Positions 19,133 through 32,391 are shown, counted from the first letter of the stretch. The stretch is 64,000 nucleotides of DNA from Planctomycetota bacterium (GCA_046290465.1 JBKAGP010000001.1:4640001-4704000); one strand, 5' to 3'. Translations and numbers: made by a program. Notes: generated by a model not told the origin, from the sequence alone.

Positions 19133-19178
19133 ACGACGAACGGCGCCGCCTCCGCGCGGGAGGCGACGCCGTCGTCGT
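19133..19178 (-). terminator. Hairpin terminator after flagellin 3
   Basis: ACGACG..GGCGCCGCCTCC / GGAGGCGACGCC..CGTCGT imperfect inverted repeat; ends TCGTTT on the minus strand. Confidence 0.7.
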
Positions 19179-19219
19179 GGCGAGCGGTAGGAGCGGCCGC
19201 TCCCGGGTTCGTGATCGGA

Positions 19220-20047
19220 CTAGCCGAGCAGCGACAGGGCCGACTGCGGCTGGGCGTTGGCCTGGGCCAACACCGAGATGCTGGCCGACTGCAGGATGTT
19301 GTTGCGCGTCAGCTGGGCGGTCTCGTAGGCGACGTCGACGTCGCGGATCCGCGACTCGGCAGCGCTGAGGTTCTCGGTCTGAATGGCGAGGTTGTTGATC
19401 GTGCTGCCCAGACGGTTCTGCACGGCACCGAGCGAACCGCGCAGCGAGCTGATCGTGTTGATCGCCGTGTCGATGTTGGTGATCGCGGTGGTGGTCGAAC
19501 CGGTCGAGCCGATGTCGAGGTTGTTGAGCGCCAGCGAGGTGCTGAGCGCGGCCGACAGGCTGACCGACAGGGTGTCGATGCCCGAGGTCGTGCCGAAGCC
19601 GACCTGGAAGCTGACCGCGCTGGACGAGCCGTCGAGCAGCTTGATGCCGTTGAACTCGGTCGAGCGGCCGATCCGGTTGACCTCGTTGACCAGGCTCGAG
19701 AACTCCTCGTTGAGCGTCGACTTGTCCTGGTCGCTGACCGAGCCGTTGCTGGCCTGGATCGACAGTTCGCGCAGACGGGTCAGGATCGAGCTGACCTCGT
19801 TGAGCGCGCCCTCGGCGGTCTGCACGAGCGAGATGCCGTCGTTGGCGTTCCGCTTGGACTGCTCGAGCGAGCGGACCTGCGAGCGCAGGCGTTCGGAGAT
19901 CGCCAGGCCGGCGGCGTCGTCGGCGGCCGTCGAGATGCGGAGTCCGGTGGACAGGCGGCGGAAGTTGTCGCCGAGTCGGCTGGTGACCGACGACAGGTTT
20001 CGCTGCGCGTTGATGGACGTGACGTTGGTGTTGACTCGAAGACCCAT
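19220..20047 (-). CDS. fliC: Flagellin 3 (275 aa)
   Basis: Flagellin N- and C-terminal motifs. Confidence 0.98.
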   Translation of the reverse strand: MGLRVNTNVTSINAQRNLSSVTSRLGDNFRRLSTGLRISTAADDAAGLAISERLRSQVRSLEQSKRNANDGISLVQTAEGALNEVSSILTRLRELSIQASNGSVSDQDKSTLNEEFSSLVNEVNRIGRSTEFNGIKLLDGSSSAVSFQVGFGTTSGIDTLSVSLSAALSTSLALNNLDIGSTGSTTTAITNIDTAINTISSLRGSLGAVQNRLGSTINNLAIQTENLSAAESRIRDVDVAYETAQLTRNNILQSASISVLAQANAQPQSALSLLG

Positions 20048-20103
20048 GTGTTCCCTGTTGTGTCTGCGGTGGTGCCGGCCTGGCCGGACATCGGATACAC
20101 GGA

Positions 20104-20130
20104 TGCTCGGTGGGAGTGCTCATTGCTTGA
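20104..20130 (-). promoter_or_regulatory. Sigma28-like promoter of flagellin 3
   Basis: TCAAG-N14-ACCGAGCA. Confidence 0.6.
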
Positions 20131-20379
20131 GCGGTGGCGGCCTGGAATCGGGCCGTGGTGTCGCCAAACGCGGCGAACCGATGCCGTTCTCGTCAGCCAT
20201 TGGCCGGTGATACCGGACGGACGCCCGGCGGCGTTTTTCTTGCGGCGTATGCCTCGGCGGGGTGTCGAAGATTCGAACGGCCGCGCGGCGCCGGTCTCAT
20301 CTCTGGTCACGCGGCGCGGCTCCGATCGCCGCGGCGGCGCGCCGGCGCGGCGGCGCGTCGGTGTGCCGGTACGCAACGA

Positions 20380-20411
20380 AGGCGGCGCCCTCCGATCGGA
20401 GGACGCCGCCT
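20380..20411 (-). terminator. Hairpin terminator after flagellin 4
   Basis: AGGCGGCGCCCTCC-GATC-GGAGGACGCCGCCT. Confidence 0.7.
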
Positions 20412-20438
20412 GCTTGCGTTGCTCTGCCGGAGAGCGCG

Positions 20439-21266
20439 TTAGCCGAGCAGCTGCAGGGCCGACTGCGGCTGGGCGTTGGCCTGCGACAACACCGAGATGC
20501 TGGCCGACTGCAGGATGTTGTTGCGCGTCAGCTGGGCGGTCTCGTAGGCGACGTCGACGTCGCGGATCCGCGACTCGGCAGCGCTGAGGTTCTCGCTCTG
20601 GATGGCGAGGTTGTTGATCGTGCTGCCCAGACGGTTCTGCACGGCACCGAGCGAACCACGCAGCGAGCTGATCGTGTTGATCGCCGAGTCGATGTTGGTG
20701 ATCGCGGTGGTGGTCGAACCGGACGAGCCGATGTCGAGGTTGTTGAGCGCCAGCGAGGTGCTGAGCGCGGCCGACAGGCTGACCGACAGGGTGTCGATGC
20801 CCGAGGTCGTGCCGAAGCCGACCTGGAAGCTGACCGCGCTGGACGAGCCGTCGAGCAGCTTGATGCCGTTGAACTCGGTCGAGCGGCCGATCCGGTTGAC
20901 CTCGCTGACCAGGCTCGAGAACTCCTCGTTGAGCGTGGCCTTGTCCTGGTCGCTGACCGAGCCGTTGCTCGCCTGGATCGACAGCTCGCGCAGACGGACC
21001 AGGATCGAGCTGACCTCGTTGAGGGCGCCCTCGGCCGTCTGGACGAACGAGATGCCGTCGTTGGCGTTGCGCTTGGCCTGCTCGAGCGAGCGGACCTGCG
21101 AACGCAGGCGCTCCGAGATCGCCAGGCCGGCGGCGTCGTCGGCGGCCGTCGAGATGCGGAGGCCGGTGGACAGGCGGCGGAAGTTGTTGCTCAGCCGGCT
21201 GGTGACCGAGCTGAGGTTCCGCTGCGCGTTGATGGAAGTGACGTTCGTGTTGACTCTGAGACCCAT
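20439..21266 (-). CDS. fliC: Flagellin 4 (275 aa)
   Basis: Flagellin motifs; near-identical to flagellin 3. Confidence 0.98.
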   Translation of the reverse strand: MGLRVNTNVTSINAQRNLSSVTSRLSNNFRRLSTGLRISTAADDAAGLAISERLRSQVRSLEQAKRNANDGISFVQTAEGALNEVSSILVRLRELSIQASNGSVSDQDKATLNEEFSSLVSEVNRIGRSTEFNGIKLLDGSSSAVSFQVGFGTTSGIDTLSVSLSAALSTSLALNNLDIGSSGSTTTAITNIDSAINTISSLRGSLGAVQNRLGSTINNLAIQSENLSAAESRIRDVDVAYETAQLTRNNILQSASISVLSQANAQPQSALQLLG

Positions 21267-21320
21267 GATCCCCTGTTGCTCCTAGTGTGCCCCGTTTCAG
21301 GATGTTGACTTCGGAAGCAT

Positions 21321-21347
21321 GATCCGGCGGTCCTGTTCACTCCTTGA
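21321..21347 (-). promoter_or_regulatory. Sigma28-like promoter of flagellin 4
   Basis: TCAAG-N14-GCCGGATC. Confidence 0.55.
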
Positions 21348-21503
21348 GGCGGAGGGGTCCGAACAGGAGCAAATCGCAGCGATTTTGGGGAAGTGACCAA
21401 AAGGTCGACGCCCGTTCGTGCCGAAAAGCCCCTTGGCAAGGCACCCAACGGCTTTCCGCAGGCTGATCCCGAGCCTGATGGAAAACAGCACACAGGTCGG
21501 CAC

Positions 21504-22921
<1,418 letters not shown>

Positions 22922-22925
<4 letters not shown>

Positions 22926-23554
22926 GCACGCTCGCCCAGGACCGTCTGCCCGGCCTGATCGGCCACGAGCTGCGCAACCCGCTGGCGTCGGCGATGACCG
23001 GCGCGATGCTCGCCCGCGACATGATCGACGCCGACGACCCGCGCGCGATCGTGCTCGACGGCGTGCTGCGCGACCTCGACCGCATGACCGGCCTGATCGA
23101 CGGCTGGTTGGACCTGGCCCGCGACCAGCAGGCCGCGCTGGCCCGCGTCGACGTCGAAGAACTGCTGACCGCGGTCACCGATCGCCAGCGCGCCGAGCTG
23201 GTCTGTGCGCCGCCGTCGGTGGCGGTGCGCGGCAACCCGGTGCTGCTCGAGCGCGCGCTCGAGAACCTGTGCGAGAACGCCCGCAACGCCGGCGCGACGA
23301 CCGTGCGGTTCGCCGCCCAGCACGACGGGGACCACATCCACATCCACGTCGAGGACGACGGCAGCGGCGTGGCGCCGTGCGACGTCGAACGCATCTTCGA
23401 AGCCGGCTGGTCGGCGTCCGGTGGCACCGGCCTCGGCCTGCACGCCGTGCGCAGGACGATCGCCGCGATCGACGGCGAGGTCCGCTGCGTGGCGCTGCCC
23501 GTCGGCACCCGCTTCACCATCACGCTCCCCCGTGGGGAGTCCGCACCGGCATGA
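22922..23554 (+). CDS. Histidine kinase with no input domain (HisKA + HATPase only)
   Basis: GHELRNPL, ENLCENA, DDGSG, GTGLGL. Confidence 0.9.
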
Positions 23555-24402
23555 AGTGCCTGCTCGTCGACGACGAGCCCGGCATCCGTGAAGGGCTGGC
23601 CATGCTGCTGCGGCGGCGCGGCTACGAGGTGCAGACCGCCGAGGACTGCGCCGGCGCGGCGGCCGAGCTCGAAGCCCAGCGCTTCGACGTCGTGGTCACC
23701 GACTGGCGGCTGCCCGATGGCACCGCGGTGACGTTCGCCGCGGCCTGCGACTGCCCGGTGCTGGCCGTCAGCGGCCACCCCGAGGAGGTCCAGCAGGTCG
23801 GCGCGATCCGCGACGCGCTCGCCAAGCCGGTCCGCCCCGACCGCCTGCTCCAACGCATCGCCGAGCTGGTCGACGACGTCGAGCGCACGGCCGATGCCGA
23901 GGTCGCGCTGGTGCGTGACGTGCAGCAGGTCGTCGACGACGTGCTGGCCCAGCTCCCCGACGGCATCGACGTCACGTGCCACGACGACGGCACCTTCGTC
24001 GTGCTGCGCGCGGCGCTGCCGGCCGACCACACCCCGACGGTGCGGCACCTCGGCGGCGATCTGCGCGTGGTCGAGAACGGCCTCGGACGCGAGCTCGAGC
24101 TGCGGCTCTGCCGCGATGGCCGGCCCGATCCCAACACGCCGGTGGTCGCGGTCGACGCGGCCTGGCCAGAGGCCGACGCCTTCGCGCTCGACTGCGACGG
24201 CACCGACGCGAGCGAGCAGACGTTCTCGAACTGGTGCGCCGCTGTTGCAGAACGCAACGCCGCGGGCGGCAGGATCTGCCTGCTCAACGTGCCGGCGCGT
24301 CTCGAACCGATCACGGCAGTTTGGGAAACGACCCATGACATGCCGATGAGGGAACGGGTCGGACCCCGCCTGTCGGCGGAGCTGGCCGAACTCTGGAGCT
24401 AG
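23551..24402 (+). CDS. Response regulator with possible C-terminal STAS-like domain
   Basis: LLVDDE, VVTDWRLPDG, SG, KP; tail FALDCDG...GGRICLLNVP. Confidence 0.8.
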   Translation: MKCLLVDDEPGIREGLAMLLRRRGYEVQTAEDCAGAAAELEAQRFDVVVTDWRLPDGTAVTFAAACDCPVLAVSGHPEEVQQVGAIRDALAKPVRPDRLLQRIAELVDDVERTADAEVALVRDVQQVVDDVLAQLPDGIDVTCHDDGTFVVLRAALPADHTPTVRHLGGDLRVVENGLGRELELRLCRDGRPDPNTPVVAVDAAWPEADAFALDCDGTDASEQTFSNWCAAVAERNAAGGRICLLNVPARLEPITAVWETTHDMPMRERVGPRLSAELAELWS

Positions 24403-24404
24403 CC

Positions 24405-25361
24405 GTGACTGACGACAAGGCCGACAACATCCCCGAACCGACCGACGACGTCGTGACGACCGAGCAGCAGGCGCAGCCCGAGGCCGGCGCCGAGGCGCAG
24501 CAGGGCGAGGAGAACCAGCTCAGCGGCCTGATGGCGGACCCGGCGTCGCCGGCGCCCGCCGCACCGAAGAAGCCGGCGGTCGACCTCGAGAAGCAGGCGC
24601 TGAAGGCGGCCGAGCAGGCGTTGGCGCAGGGCGAGCAGGCGCTCGCCGAGGCCAACGAGCAGCTCGCACAGGAGGCGGCGCGACCACAGCCGACGGCGAA
24701 GCCGACGCAGGGCGGCAAGCGCGAGCTCGCGCTGCGGGTCCTGTTGGCCGTCAACGTGCTGGCGATGGTCGTCGTCGCGATGCTGCCGAGTCCCGCGCCG
24801 GAGCAGACCACGACGCCGCCCGAGACCCATCGTCCGGATCCGATCCAGCAGCCGACGACGTCGGCGCCGACGATGAACGAGCCGTGGAACCAGGCGCTGC
24901 GCGCGTCCGAACGGCGCGACTTCGCCTCGGCGGTTTCGATCCTCGAGGCCTACCTGGAGGACAAGCCGCGCATGGCGCCGAGCGAACGGCTCAGCGTGCT
25001 GTCGGCGCTGTCGTTCTACGCGTCGCGCAACAAGGACTTCAAGAAGTCGCGCCTCTACTCGCAGCAGGCGCAGGCGCTCGAACAGAGCCACTCGCTGCCC
25101 GACGACCTCGTCAAGGAGGCGGCAGCGGCGCTCGAGAGCGGCGACCAGGAGTCGCTGCGGCGCGTCTGGGCGCGCTTCCTGCTGCAGCAGCGACAGATCC
25201 CGAGCTGGCTCTACCAGCACGTCGCGCAGGCCTACCTGCAGCTCGGCGACAGCTACCGCAAGGATGCCGACGCTGCCGAACGCAAGGCGCGCGAGCAGCA
25301 GCTCGAGGAAGCGGCCGCGCGGCTGCGCGCCGAGGCCGTCAACCGCAAGGGGGGCAAGTGA
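24405..25361 (+). CDS. Single-TM hypothetical protein with TPR-like helical domain
   Basis: Acidic N-terminus, TM helix, Pro/Thr linker, AQAYLQLGDSY. Confidence 0.7.
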   Translation: MTDDKADNIPEPTDDVVTTEQQAQPEAGAEAQQGEENQLSGLMADPASPAPAAPKKPAVDLEKQALKAAEQALAQGEQALAEANEQLAQEAARPQPTAKPTQGGKRELALRVLLAVNVLAMVVVAMLPSPAPEQTTTPPETHRPDPIQQPTTSAPTMNEPWNQALRASERRDFASAVSILEAYLEDKPRMAPSERLSVLSALSFYASRNKDFKKSRLYSQQAQALEQSHSLPDDLVKEAAAALESGDQESLRRVWARFLLQQRQIPSWLYQHVAQAYLQLGDSYRKDADAAERKAREQQLEEAAARLRAEAVNRKGGK

Positions 25362-27004
25362 TCGCCTCGCTGTTGGCCGTGCTCGCGCTGGTGCCACAGG
25401 CGCAGGAGCCCGACGTCTTCGTCGCCAAGCAGGTGGCGGCGACCGAGGCGCGTGCCGAGCACACGGTCGTCTCCGCCGACAAGCGGCAGATCCACTGCCT
25501 CGCGGCGCTGCGCGAGCTGGCCAGGACGATGAACTGGAACCTGGTCGTCGAGAGCACGCCGCTCGAGAACGACCTGCGGTTCGCGTCGATCGACCTCAAC
25601 CTCGCCGACCAGGACCCGCGCATGGTCGCGCAGCTGATCGCCGTCGCCGGCGGCGCCGACAGCATCTTCGACGAGCCCGCGGGCTTCGAGGGCGCGCGCG
25701 TCACGCTGCACGTCGTGCGGGTGCCGTCGGGCGAGACCGAGTCCGGCCGCCAGCGTCTGCGCGCGCTGGCCGGGCAGTGGTACCGTTCGTTCTTGCGCGA
25801 CGAACTGCAGTACGAACCGGTCGTGCAGCAGGAGGGCGTCGCGGTGCGCATGCACCTCGGCCAGCTGCTGGTCGACAGCGGCGACCTCGAGTCGGCGATC
25901 GGGTTCTTCAGCGACGTCTACGAGCGACGCCCGCACGACCACGTCGCGTCGGCGATCCTCAAGGTCGCCGAATGCCACCTCGATCTCGCCGCCGGCCACA
26001 TCGATCGCGACAGTAAGCTGCGTGAGTTCGAGGCGGCGGAGAAGTGGGTGCGTCGCGTGTTCGAGGGCGTGCCGAGCGCGCCCGAGGTGACGCCGGCGAC
26101 GATCCTGCTCGGCCGTGCGATGCTCGGCCAGGCGCGCAACCAGGAGACCCGCCAGCAGACCCGCTCCCGCGCTCGCGACACCCAGGACGAACTGCGCGCG
26201 CGCATCATCCGGCTGCTCGATTCGGTCGAGCTGCTCGAGGTCTGGCTGCTCGCCGGCGAGGCGCAGTTCTTGATGGGGCGGCCCGAGCGCACCTACCAGA
26301 CCATGCTGACGCTGCGTGAGTCGCCCTACTTCGAGGACCTCGGCCCCGAGCAGTTCCTCGACTACCACTTCCTGCTCGGCTACGGCGCGCTCGGCGCCGG
26401 CAAGAACGAGCTGGCGATGCGCGCGTTCGAGTGGTTCCTGATCCACGCCGAGGACGACCAGCGGCGCGGCCAGGCCTACGTGATGCTGGCCGAGTCCTAC
26501 CTGGCGCAGAACCGCTACGTCGAGGGGCGCGCGGCCAGCATCGAGGCGCGCAAGCGCCACCTCGCGCGGATGTCGCCGAGCTGGCGCGAACGCACGCTCA
26601 AGGTCTGGGCGCGCACGGCGCTGGCGATCGGCGAGAAGGAGAAGGCGTTCCTCGAACTCGAGCAGATGGTGCTGCGCGGCGAGGAGCCCGAGCTGACGCT
26701 GTTCCTGGTCGACGAACTGCTCGCCGACCACCAGTGGCAGCGCGCCATGTCGGTCGCGCGCCGGCTGATGGAGCGCGACGACTCGATCGGCGACCGCGCC
26801 CGCTACAAGACCATCGTGGCGCTCTACGAGCAGGCGGTCGCCGGCAAGCACCTCGACGACTTCCCGGCGCAGGCGGTCGCGATCGCGCCCAAGGTGAAGG
26901 ACGCCGAGCTGCGCGCCAAGGTCGCGACGATGATCGGTGAGGCCTACACCCAGCTCGACATGCTGGAGCACGCCGCGGACGCGTTCCGAGGGATCCTGCG
27001 ATGA
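25358..27004 (+). CDS. Secreted TPR-repeat protein
   Basis: GTG start overlapping the previous stop; signal IASLLAVLALVPQA; TPR-like helices (HLGQLLVDSGDLESA, AYVMLAESY). Confidence 0.75.
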   Translation: MIASLLAVLALVPQAQEPDVFVAKQVAATEARAEHTVVSADKRQIHCLAALRELARTMNWNLVVESTPLENDLRFASIDLNLADQDPRMVAQLIAVAGGADSIFDEPAGFEGARVTLHVVRVPSGETESGRQRLRALAGQWYRSFLRDELQYEPVVQQEGVAVRMHLGQLLVDSGDLESAIGFFSDVYERRPHDHVASAILKVAECHLDLAAGHIDRDSKLREFEAAEKWVRRVFEGVPSAPEVTPATILLGRAMLGQARNQETRQQTRSRARDTQDELRARIIRLLDSVELLEVWLLAGEAQFLMGRPERTYQTMLTLRESPYFEDLGPEQFLDYHFLLGYGALGAGKNELAMRAFEWFLIHAEDDQRRGQAYVMLAESYLAQNRYVEGRAASIEARKRHLARMSPSWRERTLKVWARTALAIGEKEKAFLELEQMVLRGEEPELTLFLVDELLADHQWQRAMSVARRLMERDDSIGDRARYKTIVALYEQAVAGKHLDDFPAQAVAIAPKVKDAELRAKVATMIGEAYTQLDMLEHAADAFRGILR

Positions 27005-28077
27005 AGCCGCTCGCCTGGATCGCGCTGTCGCTCGCGACCGCGCTCGCGGCGCAGGAGCCGCTGAACCCCGACCAGGTCGCGGAGCAGCGCCGGCTGGCGC
27101 AGCGCGCGCTCGAGCACAACGAATCGCAGGTAGAACGGCTGATCGACATGCGGCTGCGGCACGACCTCGGCCTGCTGCCCTCGCTCGACGACGACGTCGT
27201 GCGCGTGCAGCGGTCGACGTCGTCGCGCGACATGGACCGGATGCGCAGCGAGCTGCAGGACATCCAGGCGCGCAACACCGTGCTGGCCGGTGAATACGAC
27301 AAGGTCCGGCGCATGGTCGCCGACCTCAACCGCAAGGCCCGCGAGTCGGCTGCAGAGCCCGACCCGGGCCAGTTCGTGCCGGTGCCGTCGCCGGGAGCGC
27401 GGGTGTCGTCCAACGGCGCCAACGCGCGGCGGAACCCGTCGCGCCCGAACCAGTCGCGCCTGAACCAGGGCAGCCGGATGCCGGCCGCGCCGGCGGGTGA
27501 GTCGCAGGCCAGCAAGGTCGAGCCGTCGGACCTCGGCTCGCTCGCGCTGGATCCGCTGCGGGCCCAGATCCACGGTTCGAAGGACCACCAGCGCGTCGCG
27601 CAGTCGCTGTTCAAGGCCGGTCAGGCGCTGATGGACCGCGCCGTGTCGCTGCGCGCGCAGGGCCGTGTCGAAGCGGCCCGCGAACTCGACGACCGCGGCC
27701 GCGAGCGGCTGCTGCGCGCCGTCGACGAACTGCAGCCGCTGCTGCAGGAGAAGCAGCCGCCGTTCGTGTCGCTGTTCTACCTCGGTCGCTGCCGCGAACT
27801 GCTGTTCCGCTACAGCCAGCGCCACGAGGGGCTGTCGCTGGAGGCGTCGCGCCGCGCGTTCAACCAGCGTGCCCAGGAGGTGCGCGACCCGTTCTTGCAG
27901 ATCAGCGCCCGCGACGTGTCGAAGGGCGGCGAGTCCGGAGACGTCGAGACGCTCGGCCCGTGGGGGCAGGCGGCGAAGACCGCGATGGAGCACTTCCGTT
28001 GGATGAACATCAACTCGCGCTACGACGCGACGGCGAAGATCGAGGCCTTGACGTGGCCGGGTGCGGACCAGCGGTGA
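27001..28077 (+). CDS. Secreted hypothetical coiled-coil protein
   Basis: Signal peptide ALA-A; ATGA overlap. Confidence 0.75.
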   Translation: MKPLAWIALSLATALAAQEPLNPDQVAEQRRLAQRALEHNESQVERLIDMRLRHDLGLLPSLDDDVVRVQRSTSSRDMDRMRSELQDIQARNTVLAGEYDKVRRMVADLNRKARESAAEPDPGQFVPVPSPGARVSSNGANARRNPSRPNQSRLNQGSRMPAAPAGESQASKVEPSDLGSLALDPLRAQIHGSKDHQRVAQSLFKAGQALMDRAVSLRAQGRVEAARELDDRGRERLLRAVDELQPLLQEKQPPFVSLFYLGRCRELLFRYSQRHEGLSLEASRRAFNQRAQEVRDPFLQISARDVSKGGESGDVETLGPWGQAAKTAMEHFRWMNINSRYDATAKIEALTWPGADQR

Positions 28078-29152
28078 GTGGCGAACGGCAAATCCTCGAG
28101 GACGGCTTCGAACGCTTCGTCCAGGCCGCGCAGGAGCTCGAGGCCAGCTACGCGTCGCTCAAGCAGCGCGCCGCGGCGGTCGACGTCGAGCTGCAGCAGA
28201 CCAACCGCGCGTTGGCGCAGTCGCTGGCCGAGCGCGAGGCGATGTTCTCGGCGCTGCCGGTCGGCGTCGCGTCGCTGCGCGAGGATGGCACGATCGGCAC
28301 GAGCAACGTCGAGGCCGACCGCCTGATCGCCGCGGGTGCCGCCGCGGGCGAGGACCTGCTGCGCCGCGACGAGGGCACGGTCGTGTTCGGCGATCACGTC
28401 GTGCGCGTGCGCCGGGTGGCGTTGCCGGTCGGCCAACTGGTGATGCTCGAGGACCGTTCGCGGCTCGAGTCGCTGGAGCGCGAGGTGCGCCGGCTGGATC
28501 GGCTGGCCGGGCTGTCCGAGCTGGCGCTCGGCGTCGCGCACGAGATCAAGAACCCGCTCAACGGCGTGATGGGGTTCGCCAACCTGCTGGAGCGGAGCGA
28601 CGACCGGGCCACGATGCACCGCTATGCCGGCAAGATCGTCGCCGGCGTGCGCGCCGTCGACGAGATCGTCAAGGCGCTGCTCGGCTTCGCGCGACCCAAG
28701 GACAAGCCGGCGGTGTGCGAGCCGCTGTCGCGGATCGTCGAGCGGATCACCGCCGCGGCCAACCTGCCGCGTTCGCGCTGGCAGCTGCGCGGTGGCGTCG
28801 ACGCGATGGTCGACGCCGACGCGCTCGGCCGGGTGCTGTCCAACCTGGTGCGCAATGCGGTCGAGGCCGACGCCGACGCGACCGTGCGGATGACCGCCAC
28901 CGTCGCCCACGGCGAACTCGAGCTGTTGGTCGAGGACGACGGCCCCGGCGTCTCGCGCGAGGTCGCGCAGACCGTGTTCGAGCCGTTCGTGTCGACCAAG
29001 CAGCGCGGCACCGGCCTCGGCCTGGCGCTGAGCGCGCGCGTGCTGTCGTTCCTCGGCGGGCACCTCGAGCTGCTCAACCCCGGCCAGCCGGGCGCCCGCT
29101 TCCGGGTGCGTGTGCCGGTCGTGGCCGCTGCCCGCGCCGCGGAGGTGTGCGC

Positions 29153-29156
<4 letters not shown>
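28074..29156 (+). CDS. FleS/FlgS-like cytoplasmic histidine kinase
   Basis: FERFVQAAQELEASYASL N-terminus, degenerate PAS, AHEIKNPL, NLVRNA, DDGPG, GTGLGL. Confidence 0.88.
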
Positions 29157-30518
<1,362 letters not shown>

Positions 30519-30538
<20 letters not shown>

Positions 30539-31490
30539 ACCCCGCAGGACGCCGCGCCCGACCGGCGTGCTCTCGGGCAAGCGCACCGGCTCCCGACGCA
30601 CGCTCTCGATCGCGCTCGCCGCGGTCAATCGCTGGCTCGATCGCATGCCGTTCACGCACTGGCTGCACCGGCGGATCCGCAACAGCCTGCAGATGCCGGA
30701 TCTGACGCTGCCGCTGCGCGCCGAGGACGAGGCGCTCAGCGGGCTGCGGATCGCGTTCGTGTCGGACGTGCACGCGGGCAGCTTCCTCGACGAGAAGGAC
30801 CTCGCCGACATCTTCCGCCGGGTGCAGGAGCAGCAGCCCGACCTGGTGCTGTTCGGCGGCGACATGATCAACACGCGCGACCGCGAGATCCTGCTGTTCC
30901 GCGAGGGCCTGTCGCTGCTGCAACCTCGCTACGGCATGTTCGCGGTGCCGGGCAACCACGACCACTTCTTCGGTGACGACATCTCGCTGTGGCGGGCGTT
31001 CCTCGAGGAGCACGGCGTCACGGTGCTCGACAACCGCGGCGTGCGGATCCAGCACGGCGAACGGTCGGTCTGGCTGTGCGGCGTCGACGATCTGACCGAG
31101 GCCGAACCCGACCTGCAGGCGGCGCTCGACGGCCGCCACGACGGCGAGGCGACGATCCTGTTGAGCCACCATCCCGACTTCTTCTACGAGGCTGCGGCGG
31201 CCGGTATCGACATGCAGCTGTCCGGTCACACGCATGGTGGCCAGATCCGCGTCGGCGGCAAGGCGCCGCTGCACCACAGCCGGTTCGGCTACGAGCAGGG
31301 CTGGTTCGTCGACGGCGACAGCCGCCTCTACGTCGGCCGCGGCGTCGGCGTCACGGTGCTGCCGATCCGCATCGACGCGCCGCCGGAGATCCCGATGATC
31401 ACGCTGCGTTGTCCGGTCGAGCGCGGCACGTCGACGTCGCTGGTCGGCGAGCAGGCTCGCGAACGCGACGAGGCGCTGGTCACGCCGTAG
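30519..31490 (+). CDS. Calcineurin-like metallophosphoesterase (YkuE/YaeI-like)
   Basis: SDVH, GGD, GNHD, LSHHPD, SGHTHGGQ. Confidence 0.95.
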
Positions 31491-31546
31491 CCGGCGGCCC
31501 TGCCGCTGGGAACCGGCAACGGGCAGCGCTATCGTGTTCGCCCGAT

Positions 31547-32332
31547 ATGCAGTCCCGCACGCACGTCCTGCAGAAGCTCCGCGACCTGGGGGGCGGCTCG
31601 TTCGCCGTCGAAGTCGACGGTCCCATTCCGGAGACCGGGCCCGGCCAGTTCTACATGCTGCGGACCGAGAAGCGCTGGCCGGTGCAGTTGCCGCGCCCGC
31701 TGTCGATCTACGACCGCGCCGCCGACGGCTCGTGGGGCAGCTTCCTGGTCAAGCCGGTGGGCGAGGGCACGCGCGCGCTCTGTGACCTGGACCCCGGCGA
31801 GAAGGTCGTGCTGACCGGGCCGCTGGGGCGCACGTTCCCCGAGGACGTCGAGGACCCGATCTGCATCGCCGGTGGCGTCGGCCTGGCGCCGTTCCTGCTG
31901 CTGGCGCGCCAGCAGCACGCCCAGGGCAAGCGGATGCGGCTGCTGTTCGGCGGTCGCAACCGCGACGCGCTGTCGGGCATCGACGACTTCACCGCGATCG
32001 CCGACGTGCACGCGTCGACCGACGACGGCAGCTTCGGCTTCCACGGCCTGGTGACGGCGCTGCTCGAGGACCTGCTCGCCAACGGGGCCGTCCGCGAGGG
32101 CGAGACCGTGTTCTGCTGCGGACCCGACCCCATGATGCACGCCGTCGCCTCCCTGTGCGAACGGCGCGGCCTGCGCTGCTTCCTGAGCCTCGAGACCTAC
32201 ATGGCCTGCGGCTACGGCGTCTGCAACGGCTGCACCGTCGAAGTCCAGGGCGACCGCTTCCACGGCTGGCCCTACTCCAAGACCTGCATGGAAGGCCCCA
32301 TCTACGAAGCCTGCGAACTCAAGCAGTTCTGA
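31547..32332 (+). CDS. pyrK: Dihydroorotate dehydrogenase electron-transfer subunit
   Basis: RPLSI, GPLG, GGVGLAP, CGPDPMM, MACGYGVCNGC...C..GP. Confidence 0.9.
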   Translation: MQSRTHVLQKLRDLGGGSFAVEVDGPIPETGPGQFYMLRTEKRWPVQLPRPLSIYDRAADGSWGSFLVKPVGEGTRALCDLDPGEKVVLTGPLGRTFPEDVEDPICIAGGVGLAPFLLLARQQHAQGKRMRLLFGGRNRDALSGIDDFTAIADVHASTDDGSFGFHGLVTALLEDLLANGAVREGETVFCCGPDPMMHAVASLCERRGLRCFLSLETYMACGYGVCNGCTVEVQGDRFHGWPYSKTCMEGPIYEACELKQF

Positions 32333-32391
32333 GCCGTTCGTACGTCTGGTTTCGGGTCCATTAGGCTGGTTCCGGGAGCAGACCTGACGGA

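Noticed and set aside
18134..21308. Long plus-strand ORFs (817, 348, 275 aa) opposite the flagellins
   Set aside because: Antisense shadow frames of high-GC genes
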